DNA of 64,000 nt from Minisyncoccota bacterium (GTDB lineage Bacteria > Patescibacteriota > Minisyncoccia > JBAYJV01), in the NCBI GenBank assembly GCA_041664925.1, contig JBAYJV010000003.1:21179-85178 (forward strand), written 5' to 3'. The notes below the pieces were generated by a model, which was given only the letters and a program-made list of their open reading frames with translations, was not told the DNA's origin and searched no databases. Positions 1 through 9,729 of this stretch are shown piece after piece. Position numbers and translations under genes: made by a program. Numbering within the stretch: the stretch's first letter is position 1; each line of letters begins with the position of its first letter.

Positions 1-278
1 GCACGAATTTTGTCCCAGATGCAAAGAAAATAAGAAAAAAATTGTCTGCGAAGTCTATTCTAGGGTAGTCGGTTATCTTCGCCCAGTTAGTCAATGGAAT
101 AAAGGCAAGCAACAAGAATTCAAAGATCGCGTAATGTATAATAAACAGCTAGTAAATTAAAAATGCAAAGTGAAAAATGCCTGCCTGCCGGTAGGCAGGT
201 AAAATATTGAAAGAATTCATTATTTTAAGTTATTAATTGTTGTTTTTCGCTTTTCGTTTTGAGTTTTTCATTTAATCC

Positions 279-974
279 ATGCGTATTGGTGGTTTTCAAA
301 AAATTTCCCTTATTGATTATCCTGAACACCTTTCTTCGATCGTCTGGACACCGACTTGCAATTTCAGGTGTCCTTTTTGTTATAACAAAGACCTAGCTTT
401 AGGTGATGCTGGTCTTTTTTCCGAAGACGAAGTTTTACAAACTCTTAAAGAAAGACAAGGTAAGATTGAAGCAGTTGTTATTACTGGCGGCGAGCCGACG
501 CTTCAAAAAGATTTAAAAGATTTTATAAAAAAAATAAAAGCGTTAAATTATTTAGTCAAACTTGATACGAATGGCACTAACCCAGAAATTATAAGAGATC
601 TTTTAGAAGAAAAATTTATTGATTATATTGCCATGGATATTAAAGCGCCTAGAGGTAAATATAAAACTTTATCGGGTATTGAAAATTCTGATATTCAAAA
701 TATTCAATCATCAATTGAAATTATAAAAAAACTAGCGCCTGACTACGAATTTCGCACAACTATCGTTCCGGATTTATTAAATAAAGACGACATTCTTTCT
801 ATTGCGGAGTGGCTTAGCGGTTCAAAGCGCTATATTCTCCAACAGTTTGCTGTTCCTGGGGAACTAATAGACAAAAACTTAGCCAAATCTAAGTCTTATC
901 CAAAAGAATTTTTTGATGATTTAAAATCAGCCATTAAAGATTATTTTACCTTTTGCGAAATTAGGGGATTTTAA
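279..974 (+). CDS. Radical SAM activating enzyme, glycyl-radical-enzyme activase family (NrdG/PflA-like)
   Basis: CNFRCPFCYN cluster (CxxxCxxC) near the N-terminus. GGEPTLQ and KLDTNGT motifs. About 230 aa, typical of anaerobic RNR or PFL activases. Confidence 0.6.
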   Translation: MRIGGFQKISLIDYPEHLSSIVWTPTCNFRCPFCYNKDLALGDAGLFSEDEVLQTLKERQGKIEAVVITGGEPTLQKDLKDFIKKIKALNYLVKLDTNGTNPEIIRDLLEEKFIDYIAMDIKAPRGKYKTLSGIENSDIQNIQSSIEIIKKLAPDYEFRTTIVPDLLNKDDILSIAEWLSGSKRYILQQFAVPGELIDKNLAKSKSYPKEFFDDLKSAIKDYFTFCEIRGF

Positions 975-1532
975 CCAATAATAATTTTATCATGTTTTAC
1001 ATAGAGATTAATTCTCTACGTTTTTTTTGTGCAAAATAACCATAAACTATTGCATTTTGTAAGATAATATGATATAATTTAAAGTGAGAAATAATTAAGC
1101 TTGCTTGTACAAGGAGGGACAATGCAACTGCTTTGTGAAGTTGCTCGAATCGTTGGCGATGTTAATGACATCAATGCGTTTAGGCAAGAAGTAGCAGAGG
1201 CACAGAAAGGAATTGAACATGGATCAATTCCCGAATGTCCCGGATGTCGTTCCAATGAACAAGTTGGGCTTGTGGGAAGGGATCACAAAACATGGTATTG
1301 TTTCGAGTGTCGTAGTGGTTTCTGAAGCGACTAAGGCGAAAGAGCAAGAAGAAAAGCAGTGGTGCGAATTGGAAGCGAGTGAACAAGAAGGGGTTTGCGA
1401 TCAATTCGCCAAAACGTGGCAGACAGATCGCAAACCCTCTTTTTTTATTCAAGGAATATTGCTTTATTGACAATTGAAAATTTAGTAGTATGATTTAACC
1501 AGATCTTTAGAAAACAGAAAAAGGAGGTAGAG

Positions 1533-1934
1533 ATGCTAAAAAATGAAAATGTGTGTATCAGCATTTCTGCTACTAGCGGTAAGTTAGAGTTTGTGGAGAT
1601 TGCGTTTAATCTATTTCCAGGTTATCCAGATGAGGGCACAACGATAACGGGTAGTCGTTTAAAGAAACTTGGTTATGCAACACCCCATGCAGAATGGTTG
1701 TTTTTGTATGTAATCGGGCTTTGCGAAAGTAGTCAAGAACCATTATTTAAAACTGTTTACATCATTGGAAGAGATAAGGTCTGGAGAATTCATTATGATA
1801 TGCATGGCACCGTTAGGTTTACCGATGGATTGAAGCTTAGCGATAAGATTCCAACCATTGGAACGCATGTGCTTCGATTTACTCCCAGTAAGCCAACTAG
1901 AAGAATTAGACAATCTAAAAAAAGGAAAACTTAA
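1533..1934 (+). CDS. hypothetical protein
   Basis: 133-aa ORF with an AGGAGG RBS 6 nt upstream. No recognisable motif. Confidence 0.3.
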   Translation: MLKNENVCISISATSGKLEFVEIAFNLFPGYPDEGTTITGSRLKKLGYATPHAEWLFLYVIGLCESSQEPLFKTVYIIGRDKVWRIHYDMHGTVRFTDGLKLSDKIPTIGTHVLRFTPSKPTRRIRQSKKRKT

Positions 1935-2111
1935 AGCGCGAACAGAAGGTTTACGTGTAAGAAACTTAAATCTCTTAGTAAAAAATCTGACAGTAAATCT
2001 GCTAGTAGAATATATGAGGAGCCCTGGGCTCCTCGTTTTTTTATCCGCAAATTTTTGTTAAAATAAGCATACCGAATTTATTTAATCACCGAATTAATCT
2101 TTAAATCTTGT

Positions 2112-2131
2112 GTAGATGTCCGACATCTACA
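2112..2131. repeat. Perfect palindrome GTAGATGTCCGACATCTAC (REP-like). Second copy at about 19031-19051
   Basis: Seen directly. Lies immediately upstream of the RAYT-like gene at 2156. Confidence 0.8.
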
Positions 2132-2155
2132 ACATTTATACGATTTAGTAAAAAT

Positions 2156-2884
2156 ATGCAAAGAAATTTTTTGGTTGATGATTATGTGCATGTTTATAAT
2201 CGTGGCATAAAAAAGATGCCAATAGTTTATAACGAAGATGACAAATGGCGCTTTTTGAAAATTTTACGTTATTTTAATAATAATTTTTCAATTCCCAATG
2301 TTTTTCGTGATCTTGAATTGTCTACTCAAGAAGAAAAATATAAAAATTTTGAATGGCTTTCGACGTGGACACCTCAAGAACATTTGGTAAAAATCATAGC
2401 CTATCATTTATCTACTAATCACTTTCATTTGCTTTTGAAAGAAATTAAAAAAGGAGGTATTAGTAAATTTATGAAAAAATTTGGCAATGCTCTTACTGGT
2501 TATATTAATACTAAATATAGTGAAACAGGGAGATTATTTCAGGGAATTTACAAAGCAAAAACAGTAGAAAATCAGAGAAGTTTGGGATATATAGATACCT
2601 ATATTCAAGTACTGAATGCTTTCGAACAGTATGAGGGTGGAATCAGAGGTGCTATGAACAATTTTGACGAAGCATTTGATTTTGCCTTAAAATATCCATT
2701 CTGTAGCCTTGGAGAGAGTTTTGGATACAGAAAGCTAAATATTATAGATCGTGATATTTTAAAAAATATGTTTCCAAGCTTAAGTATATACAAAGAGGTT
2801 GTTCGCGAAGCTTTAATTATTAGACAAAACAGAGATTTCTTAGAAAACAATAATAACTCAAATTATTTCAACATTGAGTTTTAA
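2156..2884 (+). CDS. IS200/IS605-like HuH Y1 transposase-like protein, REP-associated tyrosine transposase (RAYT)-like, copy 1
   Basis: HVYNRG N-terminal motif. HuH motif NHFHLLL. GRLFQG plus a conserved Tyr region (GYINTKY). Paralogous to the copies at 40428 and 55442. Likely start is the ATG at 2156, not the track's TTG at 2108, which lies inside the palindrome. Confidence 0.7.
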   Translation: MQRNFLVDDYVHVYNRGIKKMPIVYNEDDKWRFLKILRYFNNNFSIPNVFRDLELSTQEEKYKNFEWLSTWTPQEHLVKIIAYHLSTNHFHLLLKEIKKGGISKFMKKFGNALTGYINTKYSETGRLFQGIYKAKTVENQRSLGYIDTYIQVLNAFEQYEGGIRGAMNNFDEAFDFALKYPFCSLGESFGYRKLNIIDRDILKNMFPSLSIYKEVVREALIIRQNRDFLENNNNSNYFNIEF

Positions 2885-2964
2885 TATAGATTCGGTGTTT
2901 AGGTCTCGGTGTTTAGGTTAGACCTAAACACCAAGTTAGAGTGTGATATATATGAATCATCTAT

Positions 2965-4470
2965 ATGAATAAGCTATATCATATACCTTTTTTGTTTTGT
3001 ATTTGCCTGATTATTGGCGCGGGAGTTGGATCGTGGTTTTCTGTTATTAACCAGACTATGGTACTGACAATTTTTATTGGATCGGCGCTTTTTGCGCTTT
3101 TATTTTTTTTAAGAAAGGAACCGATTTATATTTTAGCGGGATTTAGTTTAATAGGCATTTTGCTGGGCGGATTTCTTTCAAATCAAGCCTCAATTCGTCT
3201 TGGTCAAATTCGTCAAATTGAAAATACTTCTAAACAGGTAAACGTTAAAGCTATGGTTGTCTCAGAAAAAGATGAAAGAGAAAAGTACAATAACTATATT
3301 ATTGAATCAAATAAAGAAAGAATTTTGCTTTTAACTGACAAATACAATGACTTTTCTTATGGCGACACATTGGAGATAAAAGGAGCACAAGAGGTGCCAA
3401 AAAACTTTGCTGATTTTGATTATCAAGGATATTTAGCAAAAGATGGAATTTATGCCATGATGCGCTTTCCAGAAGTAAGTCTGATTGGTCGCGACACCTC
3501 ACCGTTGGTAAACTTTTTTCGGGGATTATTCAACATCAAGGCTCAAATCAGATATAACCTTGTAAAAAATTTTCCTCAAAACGAATCCGATTTTATTCGA
3601 GCTTTAATTTTGGGTGACAAAGGAACTGTCAGTCAAGATTTGCGCACTGCTTTTTCTCGCACGGGCACTTCTCATGTCATTTCTATTTCAGGGCTTCATC
3701 TTTCAATCATGACGGTTTTTATGTTTAATATTTTTCTGGTATTGGGTTTTTGGCGCAAACATGCGACAATTGCAACGATTTTTATGCTTTTTTTGTTTTT
3801 AATCTTTATTGGACCAATTGCGCCGCTTGTTAGATCGGTTATTATGTCTATATTGTTTTTGATCTCAATGTCTTCGGGTAAAGTTTTCCGCAGTACGCGT
3901 ATAATCACTTATGCTGCCATCATTATGTTGATATTAAATCCGCTTCTTTTAAGATACGATGTTGGCTTCGAACTTTCTTATTTGGCGCTTCTTGGAATCA
4001 TGCTTTTTAAACCAATGTTTGATTATTTCCTTAAAAAACTTTCTATTCCCAAAATCATTAATGACATGATTACCACAACTTTGTCAGCGCAAATTCTCAC
4101 TCTTCCAATAATTATTTCCAATTTCAAAATTATTTCTCTTGTTGCTCCAATAGTTAATCCTTTGGTTTTATTTCTTTTTCCGGTTCTCCTTAATCTTAGT
4201 TTTTTATGGGCATTCTTATCGCTTCTTTTTAATGTTTCATTTTTAGCAATTCTTCTTTATCCGATTACCAATCTAACTTTATGGATAGTTAAATGGTTTG
4301 GCGATCTTTCTTTTTCAGCCAAGCAATTATCAAACACATCATCATTATTTTATTTTAGTATAATCTATTTATTTTTTTCTCTGGCAATTTTATTCTGGTG
4401 GAAAAATTTTTATGCTCGCAATTTAACGCCACTAGCTGAATGGCGAAAATGGAAAGACCATGAAGAATAA
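2965..4470 (+). CDS. comEC: ComEC/Rec2 competence protein, membrane channel (competence) domain
   Basis: Polytopic membrane protein with the LILGDKGTVSQDLRTAFSRTGTSHVISISGLHLSI competence-domain signature. Confidence 0.8.
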   Translation: MNKLYHIPFLFCICLIIGAGVGSWFSVINQTMVLTIFIGSALFALLFFLRKEPIYILAGFSLIGILLGGFLSNQASIRLGQIRQIENTSKQVNVKAMVVSEKDEREKYNNYIIESNKERILLLTDKYNDFSYGDTLEIKGAQEVPKNFADFDYQGYLAKDGIYAMMRFPEVSLIGRDTSPLVNFFRGLFNIKAQIRYNLVKNFPQNESDFIRALILGDKGTVSQDLRTAFSRTGTSHVISISGLHLSIMTVFMFNIFLVLGFWRKHATIATIFMLFLFLIFIGPIAPLVRSVIMSILFLISMSSGKVFRSTRIITYAAIIMLILNPLLLRYDVGFELSYLALLGIMLFKPMFDYFLKKLSIPKIINDMITTTLSAQILTLPIIISNFKIISLVAPIVNPLVLFLFPVLLNLSFLWAFLSLLFNVSFLAILLYPITNLTLWIVKWFGDLSFSAKQLSNTSSLFYFSIIYLFFSLAILFWWKNFYARNLTPLAEWRKWKDHEE

Positions 4471-5326
4471 TTCCTCAAAAATCATTCTTGTTATGGTTCT
4501 TCTGATTATCAATATTTTTGTTTGGAGAGAAATTATTCTGACTGATCGTGATTCAAATATTTTAACGATCAGATTTCTTGATGTTGGAGAGGGGGACGCA
4601 ATTCTTATTGATGATTCTTATGGTAATCAAATTTTAATTGACGGTGGAATGGGCGATAATATTTTGGAAAAACTCGACAAATATTTACCTTTTTACGACA
4701 GAACAATCGAAATGATTGTTTTGACTCACGCTGACTTTGATCATTTGGGCGGAGTTTTAAAAGCATTAGAAAGCTATAAAGTAGAGAATTTTCTTTATTC
4801 GGGCACCGTTTTAATGGGTAAGTCATATCAAGAATTTATCAATCTTCTTAATAAGGAAAAATTAGAAATAATTCCTGCCCAGATAGGACAAAGTGTTGTT
4901 TTAGGCAATGGCGCCAGTTTGAATGTTCTATATCCCGACGAAGCCGTTAATGGACTTGAAGTTGAAAATGCCAATGAGTATTCAGTTGTCACAAAGTTGA
5001 TTTTCGATGATTTTTCTTTATTATTGCCTGGCGATGCTGGCCGGCGGCTTGAGGCGCATCTTTTGAATGCTGGCCTAAATTTGAAATCAGATGTTTTGAA
5101 AGTCGGTCATCATGGCTCAAAATATTCAACCCATCCATTGTTTTTTCTTCGGATTAATCCAGAATTAGCGGTGATTTCAGTAGGGAAAAATAGCTATAGT
5201 CATCCAACCCAGGAAGTTTTAAATATTCTTAAAAATATTTTAACTCTAAGAACTGATTTGAATGGGGATGTGACGATAAAGACAGACGGTAAAAAGATGC
5301 AAATTTTAACGGAAAAGAGTCAATAA
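4460..5326 (+). CDS. ComEC C-terminal metallo-beta-lactamase-fold domain protein, separate ORF overlapping the previous gene by 11 nt
   Basis: HADFDHLGG and GDAG motifs of the MBL fold. Immediately follows and overlaps the channel-domain ORF. Confidence 0.75.
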   Translation: MKNNSSKIILVMVLLIINIFVWREIILTDRDSNILTIRFLDVGEGDAILIDDSYGNQILIDGGMGDNILEKLDKYLPFYDRTIEMIVLTHADFDHLGGVLKALESYKVENFLYSGTVLMGKSYQEFINLLNKEKLEIIPAQIGQSVVLGNGASLNVLYPDEAVNGLEVENANEYSVVTKLIFDDFSLLLPGDAGRRLEAHLLNAGLNLKSDVLKVGHHGSKYSTHPLFFLRINPELAVISVGKNSYSHPTQEVLNILKNILTLRTDLNGDVTIKTDGKKMQILTEKSQ

Positions 5327-5459
5327 GCTTAAAGCTCAAATCTTAAAGCGCAAAGCCAAAATTAAAAATTAAAAACTGATAAACTATAATTTTTAATAGT
5401 TATTAAGTTTTGAGTTGTAGTTTTGAGATTTAAACTTTGAATTTTAAGTTTTCCTTCTA

Positions 5460-5487
5460 TTGACTTTTATAAAAACTGCTATACAAT
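5460..5487 (+). promoter_or_regulatory. Sigma70-like promoter: TTGACT, 16-nt spacer, TACAAT
   Basis: Consensus-like hexamers seen directly. Drives the two small ORFs below. Confidence 0.4.
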
Positions 5488-5516
5488 ATTTATTGCAGTA
5501 GAAGGGGGAACAGGCA

Positions 5517-5597
5517 ATGAAGGAAATCTTAGGCGTACTGGCGCTCCTGCTTGTTCGAGGAGTAACAGGAATTTTGGACGATTGGAGAGTTCCATAG
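5517..5597 (+). CDS. small ORF, 26 aa (MKEILGVLALLLVRGVTGILDDWRVP), hydrophobic
   Basis: GGGGGA RBS 8 nt upstream of the ATG. Below the ORF-track size cutoff. GC-richer than its surroundings. Confidence 0.25.
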   Translation: MKEILGVLALLLVRGVTGILDDWRVP

Positions 5598-5607
5598 GAG
5601 CTGTCTC

Positions 5608-5772
5608 ATGAAGGAGAGACTAGTCGCGATAGTTGGGATAGCAATGATCGGCTTAGATCTGCTTCTTATCTACTTGTTGTTGTCTGTTGGTAGGATCTAT
5701 AGGCGAACTTATAGATTTTTTCGCCCTCCTCTTAGGAAGACGAGGGAAGCCACGGAGGCGATAACTGAGTAA
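5608..5772 (+). CDS. small ORF, 54 aa, one predicted TM helix followed by an Arg-rich tail
   Basis: AGGAG RBS 7 nt upstream. MKERLVAIVGIAMIGLDLLLIYLLLSVGRIYRRTYRFFRPPLRKTREATEAITE. Confidence 0.3.
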   Translation: MKERLVAIVGIAMIGLDLLLIYLLLSVGRIYRRTYRFFRPPLRKTREATEAITE

Positions 5773-6007
5773 ATATTCTTTCGACAGATAGCTGTCGAGA
5801 ATCCCGGTAGAAGGAGCTACTGGGATTTTTTAATTGACGAAAAGATATTTTTTGCTAAAATAGGACAAAACTGTCTTATATTTAAACTTAAAACGCAAAA
5901 TTCAAAGCGTAAAGCCACAGTTTAAAACCTAAAAACTTTTATCTAGTTTCGTTTTAAGATTTTGGTTTTGGTTTTTACTTTTAAGCTTTTAGCTTTGAGC
6001 TAATTTT

Positions 6008-6484
6008 ATGCCAACACATAAACACGAACGGACATTAATTATTATTAAACCAGATGCTTTACAGAGAAATCTTTTGGGCGAAATTATTCAAAGATTTGAG
6101 AGGAAAGGATTGAAAATCATCGGACTTAAAATGACTCGTCTAGACGATGTCCTTTTGAGCGAACATTATGCTCATCATAAGGATAAGCCATTTTTTGAAG
6201 GCATAAAGAGATATATGAAAAGCGCGCCAGTAATTATGATAGCTTTGGAAGGACTAGAGGTTGTTAAAGCGGTTCGCTTGATTACAGGCATCACAAAAGG
6301 CAGAGAAGCCGATGCCGGGACAATTAGGGGAGATTTTGCAATGAGCAGTCAATGCAATATGATCCATGCATCTGACTCAGTAGAAAATGCTGAAAAGGAA
6401 ATTTATCGTTTCTTCAATGAAGACGAACTTTTTGATTATAAAAGACTAGATTTTGATTTTATTTATGGAGAAGATGAACGCTAA
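6008..6484 (+). CDS. ndk: nucleoside diphosphate kinase
   Basis: TLIIIKPDALQRNLLGEIIQRFERKGLKIIGLKM and the NMIHASDS region are canonical NDK. Confidence 0.9.
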   Translation: MPTHKHERTLIIIKPDALQRNLLGEIIQRFERKGLKIIGLKMTRLDDVLLSEHYAHHKDKPFFEGIKRYMKSAPVIMIALEGLEVVKAVRLITGITKGREADAGTIRGDFAMSSQCNMIHASDSVENAEKEIYRFFNEDELFDYKRLDFDFIYGEDER

Positions 6485-7345
6485 GCGTTCCTAAAATTCG
6501 AATATCAAAATTCGAATTTCGAAACCCCGTAAAATTCTTGTTGAGCAAAAGCGAAACTAGAATTTAGAGAGTCCCGCGAACTTCAATATTGATTCGATAA
6601 AATATAAATGAATTCACAGGGTCTTCGCAAAAACTATCACTCGTTTATGCTCGTTAAGTTTTGCGGGACAATATTTAAACCTAAAATTCTAAACTCCAAA
6701 CAGTTTAGGATTTTTTGTTTTAATGCTCAGAATCCTTATTTATGATAGGTAGTGTTTCGTATTTCGTGCTTCGGGTTTCGAGTTTAGCGTTGCTGGGGAT
6801 AACTTTTTTGACTGATTAGCAATTTAGTTTTAAAATAGCAATGTTTAATTATAAAAGAGTTTATACACATGAGGCCATCTGATTTTATTTTAGATCCCGA
6901 TAGACTAGACGATATTATTGGTTATATATTAACTGTTTTATTGTCTCTGTGGATGCTAGCTATTTGTTCTTTTATAAAAAGCAGAAAAAAGATAGCTTTA
7001 GTATATAAGCGTATTGTTTAAAAGTAAGTAATTGTGCACAAAGGGGATTTTCCTCTTTTTTTGTTATTTAAAAATGATACAATAAAGATGACTTTGATTA
7101 TGGAGATTGCTTTGGATCTTGGATTATAGACTCAAAAGGGAGTTCTATATTATCTGTTCCTTTGGGGACAAGATTGCGAACACCCCCGCCTTCGCTAAGC
7201 CCAAAGCTTAGTATGTCTGATGATAGGACTATAATCTCGCTTTTAGCGGGTGAGAAGGCACTGGTTTTTTACCAGGAGTCCCAAAGTTTTCTCCCAATCA
7301 AAGTCAATAAAAAATCTCTCATACGAGGGATTTTTTAATTTCGCA

Positions 7346-7378
7346 AATATGTGGGAGGCTCAGCCTCCCACATATTTC
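7346..7378. repeat. Palindromic REP-like element ATATGTGGGAGGCTCAGCCTCCCACATAT, copy 1 of 7
   Basis: Perfect 29-bp palindrome. Further copies at about 29213, 30948, 44961, 46148, 55376 and 56086. Confidence 0.85.
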
Positions 7379-7407
7379 ATTTGATATTTGAATTTATTTG
7401 TTTTTAA

Positions 7408-7935
7408 CTAATCTTTCTTTGTTGCTTTGATAATTAGGAAAGCGATGATGCCTCCCATAATGGCAGTTATCAGTTGAGGCCAAGACATTATTTGTGCTAC
7501 TTTGGTCGCAACCTCTTTTTTCAAGAGGAGATTGATAACAATTGAACTTGTTACAAAAAGGAAGACAAATTTCAGGATACTGGCAAAAATCATACCTATC
7601 CAATAATTCTTTTTTCTAAATGCGCCAAAAATCATGACAAGCAAAGCATTTGACATCATAATAAACGGGACTATTGGCGCCAAGGCAGGCGATAACAATC
7701 CAAATGAAAGAGCGATTAAGCTAGGAATAAGCCCGATTATTATTGCTGATTCCCGACCAAGAATTATTGTTGATGCAAATAAGATTGCATTAATAATCGG
7801 ACCGGTAATGAATTGTTGATGAATAAGGGCAGGGAGAATTGTGGCGACAGAAAGAAAAACAGAGAAAACGATTGATTTAGCAATAACGGTTTTTGCGAGA
7901 GTTTTATCTAGGGAGATAACTTTAGTTTTGAGCAT
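7408..7935 (-). CDS. polytopic membrane protein, possibly an ECF-transporter S-component-like protein
   Basis: Five or six predicted TM helices in about 175 aa. No diagnostic motif. Confidence 0.35.
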   Translation of the reverse strand: MLKTKVISLDKTLAKTVIAKSIVFSVFLSVATILPALIHQQFITGPIINAILFASTIILGRESAIIIGLIPSLIALSFGLLSPALAPIVPFIMMSNALLVMIFGAFRKKNYWIGMIFASILKFVFLFVTSSIVINLLLKKEVATKVAQIMSWPQLITAIMGGIIAFLIIKATKKD

Positions 7936-7998
7936 GACATTAAATTAAAAATTTAAAATTAAAAGTGAAAAGTCACAGTGAAAAATTAAAAATTAAAA

Positions 7999-9729
7999 TC
8001 AACTTATAGTTTTAATTTTTCCCCTTTTTTGTCTATGGTAACTAGTATGTAAAATTGAATGCGCTAAGTGCTTATCTTTATCAAGAAATTCGGCATAGAT
8101 TTTTTTAACAATGGGATTTTCGTGGGCTCTTCTGATCTCTAGTTTATCATCAATTTCATAAAGACCATTGGCGCGCGCTAATCTGATTTCATCACTTACC
8201 GGTAGTGGCTGTCCGCCACCGCCAATACATCCTCCTCGGCAGGCCATTACTTCTATGCAGGTATATTTTTTGTCGGGATTTGATTTTAATTTTTCAACAA
8301 ATTCTTTGGCGTTTCCTAGTCCATTGATGACCGCGATTCTATATGACTGGTCGCCAATAGCTAATTTCGCTTCTTTCGTTCCTTCAAGTCCTCTAATGGA
8401 CTCAAACTCAATCTTTTCTAACTTTGTTTTTGTTAATTTTTCGTAAGTTGTTCTAAAAGCTGATTCCATGACGCCGCCAGATGCGCCATAAATTACTCCT
8501 GCGCCAGAAGGTTCACCGAAAATATTATCAATCTTTTGCGGTTTTAATTTATCAAAATTAATTTTATGTTTTTTTAAAAGACGAGCTAATTCTCTCGTGG
8601 TTAAAACATAGTCAACAGATGACATTCCTTTGATGCTCAGCTCTGATCGGGAAATTTCAAATTTTTTGGCGGTACAGGGCATGATTGAAACAACTCTAAT
8701 TTTCTTTGAATTGATTTTTTGTTGTTTTGCCCAGTAGGTTTTTATAAGACCACCCAAAATTTCTTGAGGTGACCTGACAGTCGTCAAATTAGGAATAAAT
8801 TCTGGATAATAATACTCAATGTACCTGACCCACGATGGACAGCACGACGTAAGGATTGGTAATTTTTTTCCTGACGCGATTCTTTCTACAACCTCTTTTG
8901 ATTCCTCGGCTGTTGTAAAATCTGCGCCGACAGATGTATCAAAAACATAATCAAAACCAAGTTTCTTAAGCGCAGAAACAATTTTTTCTGTTACTACTTT
9001 CCCATATTCTATGCCGAATTCTTCGCCAATACTGGTACGGATTGATGGAGCAAATTGAGCAACAACAATTTTATCTTTTTCCAGAAGAGGTCGTTCGATT
9101 TCTTCAAATTCGCCAATCGCTTCAAAAGAACCGGCAGGGCAGTGATTAATGCATTGACCGCAATAAATGCAATCAATATGTTTTTTTTCAGTTGGCAGGA
9201 TTTTCATTTCATGGCCGCGCTTGTAAATTTCTAAATAGCCAACGCCTTGATTTTTACAAACTTCAACGCAATTCCTGCAATCAATACATTTTGAACTATC
9301 GAATTCAATCACGCCATTAAAACTATAAATCGGATAATCGGTTTTTCGATCTTCAAATCGATTAATTGTTGCCTTATTTTCTTCGGCCAGTTTTAGAAGC
9401 TGGCAATTAGAAAGCCAAATGCAATCAGAACACTCTTCTTTGTGTTGAGCAAAAAGAAGTTCTAGATTGATTTTTCTGGCTTTTTTTACGCGAGGGCTGG
9501 CAGTTAGAATTTCCATACCATCTGACGCAATAGTCGAACAAGCAGGCGCTAATCTTTTTTGGCCTCGCACTTCAACTGAGCAAACCCGACAATTGGGCTT
9601 TATTTTTAAATCAGGATGATTGCAAAGCAAAGGAATATAAATGCCATTTTCTTTTGCGACCTGCGCAATCGTTTTTCCTGGGTCGGTCGCAACTTTTATA
9701 TTATTTATTTTTAATGTCAGTTTTGCCAT
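7999..9729 (-). CDS. hydA: [FeFe]-hydrogenase catalytic subunit (HydA-like) with N-terminal 2Fe-2S and 4Fe-4S ferredoxin domains
   Basis: H-cluster motifs TSCCPSW, MPCTAKK and EVMACRGGCIGGGGQP. N-terminal CxxC ferredoxin clusters. Start set at MAKLTL (9729) rather than the track's extension. Confidence 0.85.
   Translation of the reverse strand: MAKLTLKINNIKVATDPGKTIAQVAKENGIYIPLLCNHPDLKIKPNCRVCSVEVRGQKRLAPACSTIASDGMEILTASPRVKKARKINLELLFAQHKEECSDCIWLSNCQLLKLAEENKATINRFEDRKTDYPIYSFNGVIEFDSSKCIDCRNCVEVCKNQGVGYLEIYKRGHEMKILPTEKKHIDCIYCGQCINHCPAGSFEAIGEFEEIERPLLEKDKIVVAQFAPSIRTSIGEEFGIEYGKVVTEKIVSALKKLGFDYVFDTSVGADFTTAEESKEVVERIASGKKLPILTSCCPSWVRYIEYYYPEFIPNLTTVRSPQEILGGLIKTYWAKQQKINSKKIRVVSIMPCTAKKFEISRSELSIKGMSSVDYVLTTRELARLLKKHKINFDKLKPQKIDNIFGEPSGAGVIYGASGGVMESAFRTTYEKLTKTKLEKIEFESIRGLEGTKEAKLAIGDQSYRIAVINGLGNAKEFVEKLKSNPDKKYTCIEVMACRGGCIGGGGQPLPVSDEIRLARANGLYEIDDKLEIRRAHENPIVKKIYAEFLDKDKHLAHSILHTSYHRQKRGKIKTIS

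Noticed and set aside
7140-7340. Structured ncRNA (tmRNA, RNase P, SRP or 6S) in the 6480-7400 intergenic region
   Set aside because: None of the family-specific conserved blocks were found: no tRNA-like T-arm with a tag ORF, no GGAAAGTCCGG or AGGGTGAAA-type P-RNA motifs, and no SRP domain-IV motif. The region is left unannotated.
8168-8446. Plus-strand ORF inside hydA and other internal opposite-strand ORFs (for example 10055..10243, 12704..12898, 51128..53443)
   Set aside because: They are embedded antisense within strongly supported long genes and have no RBS.
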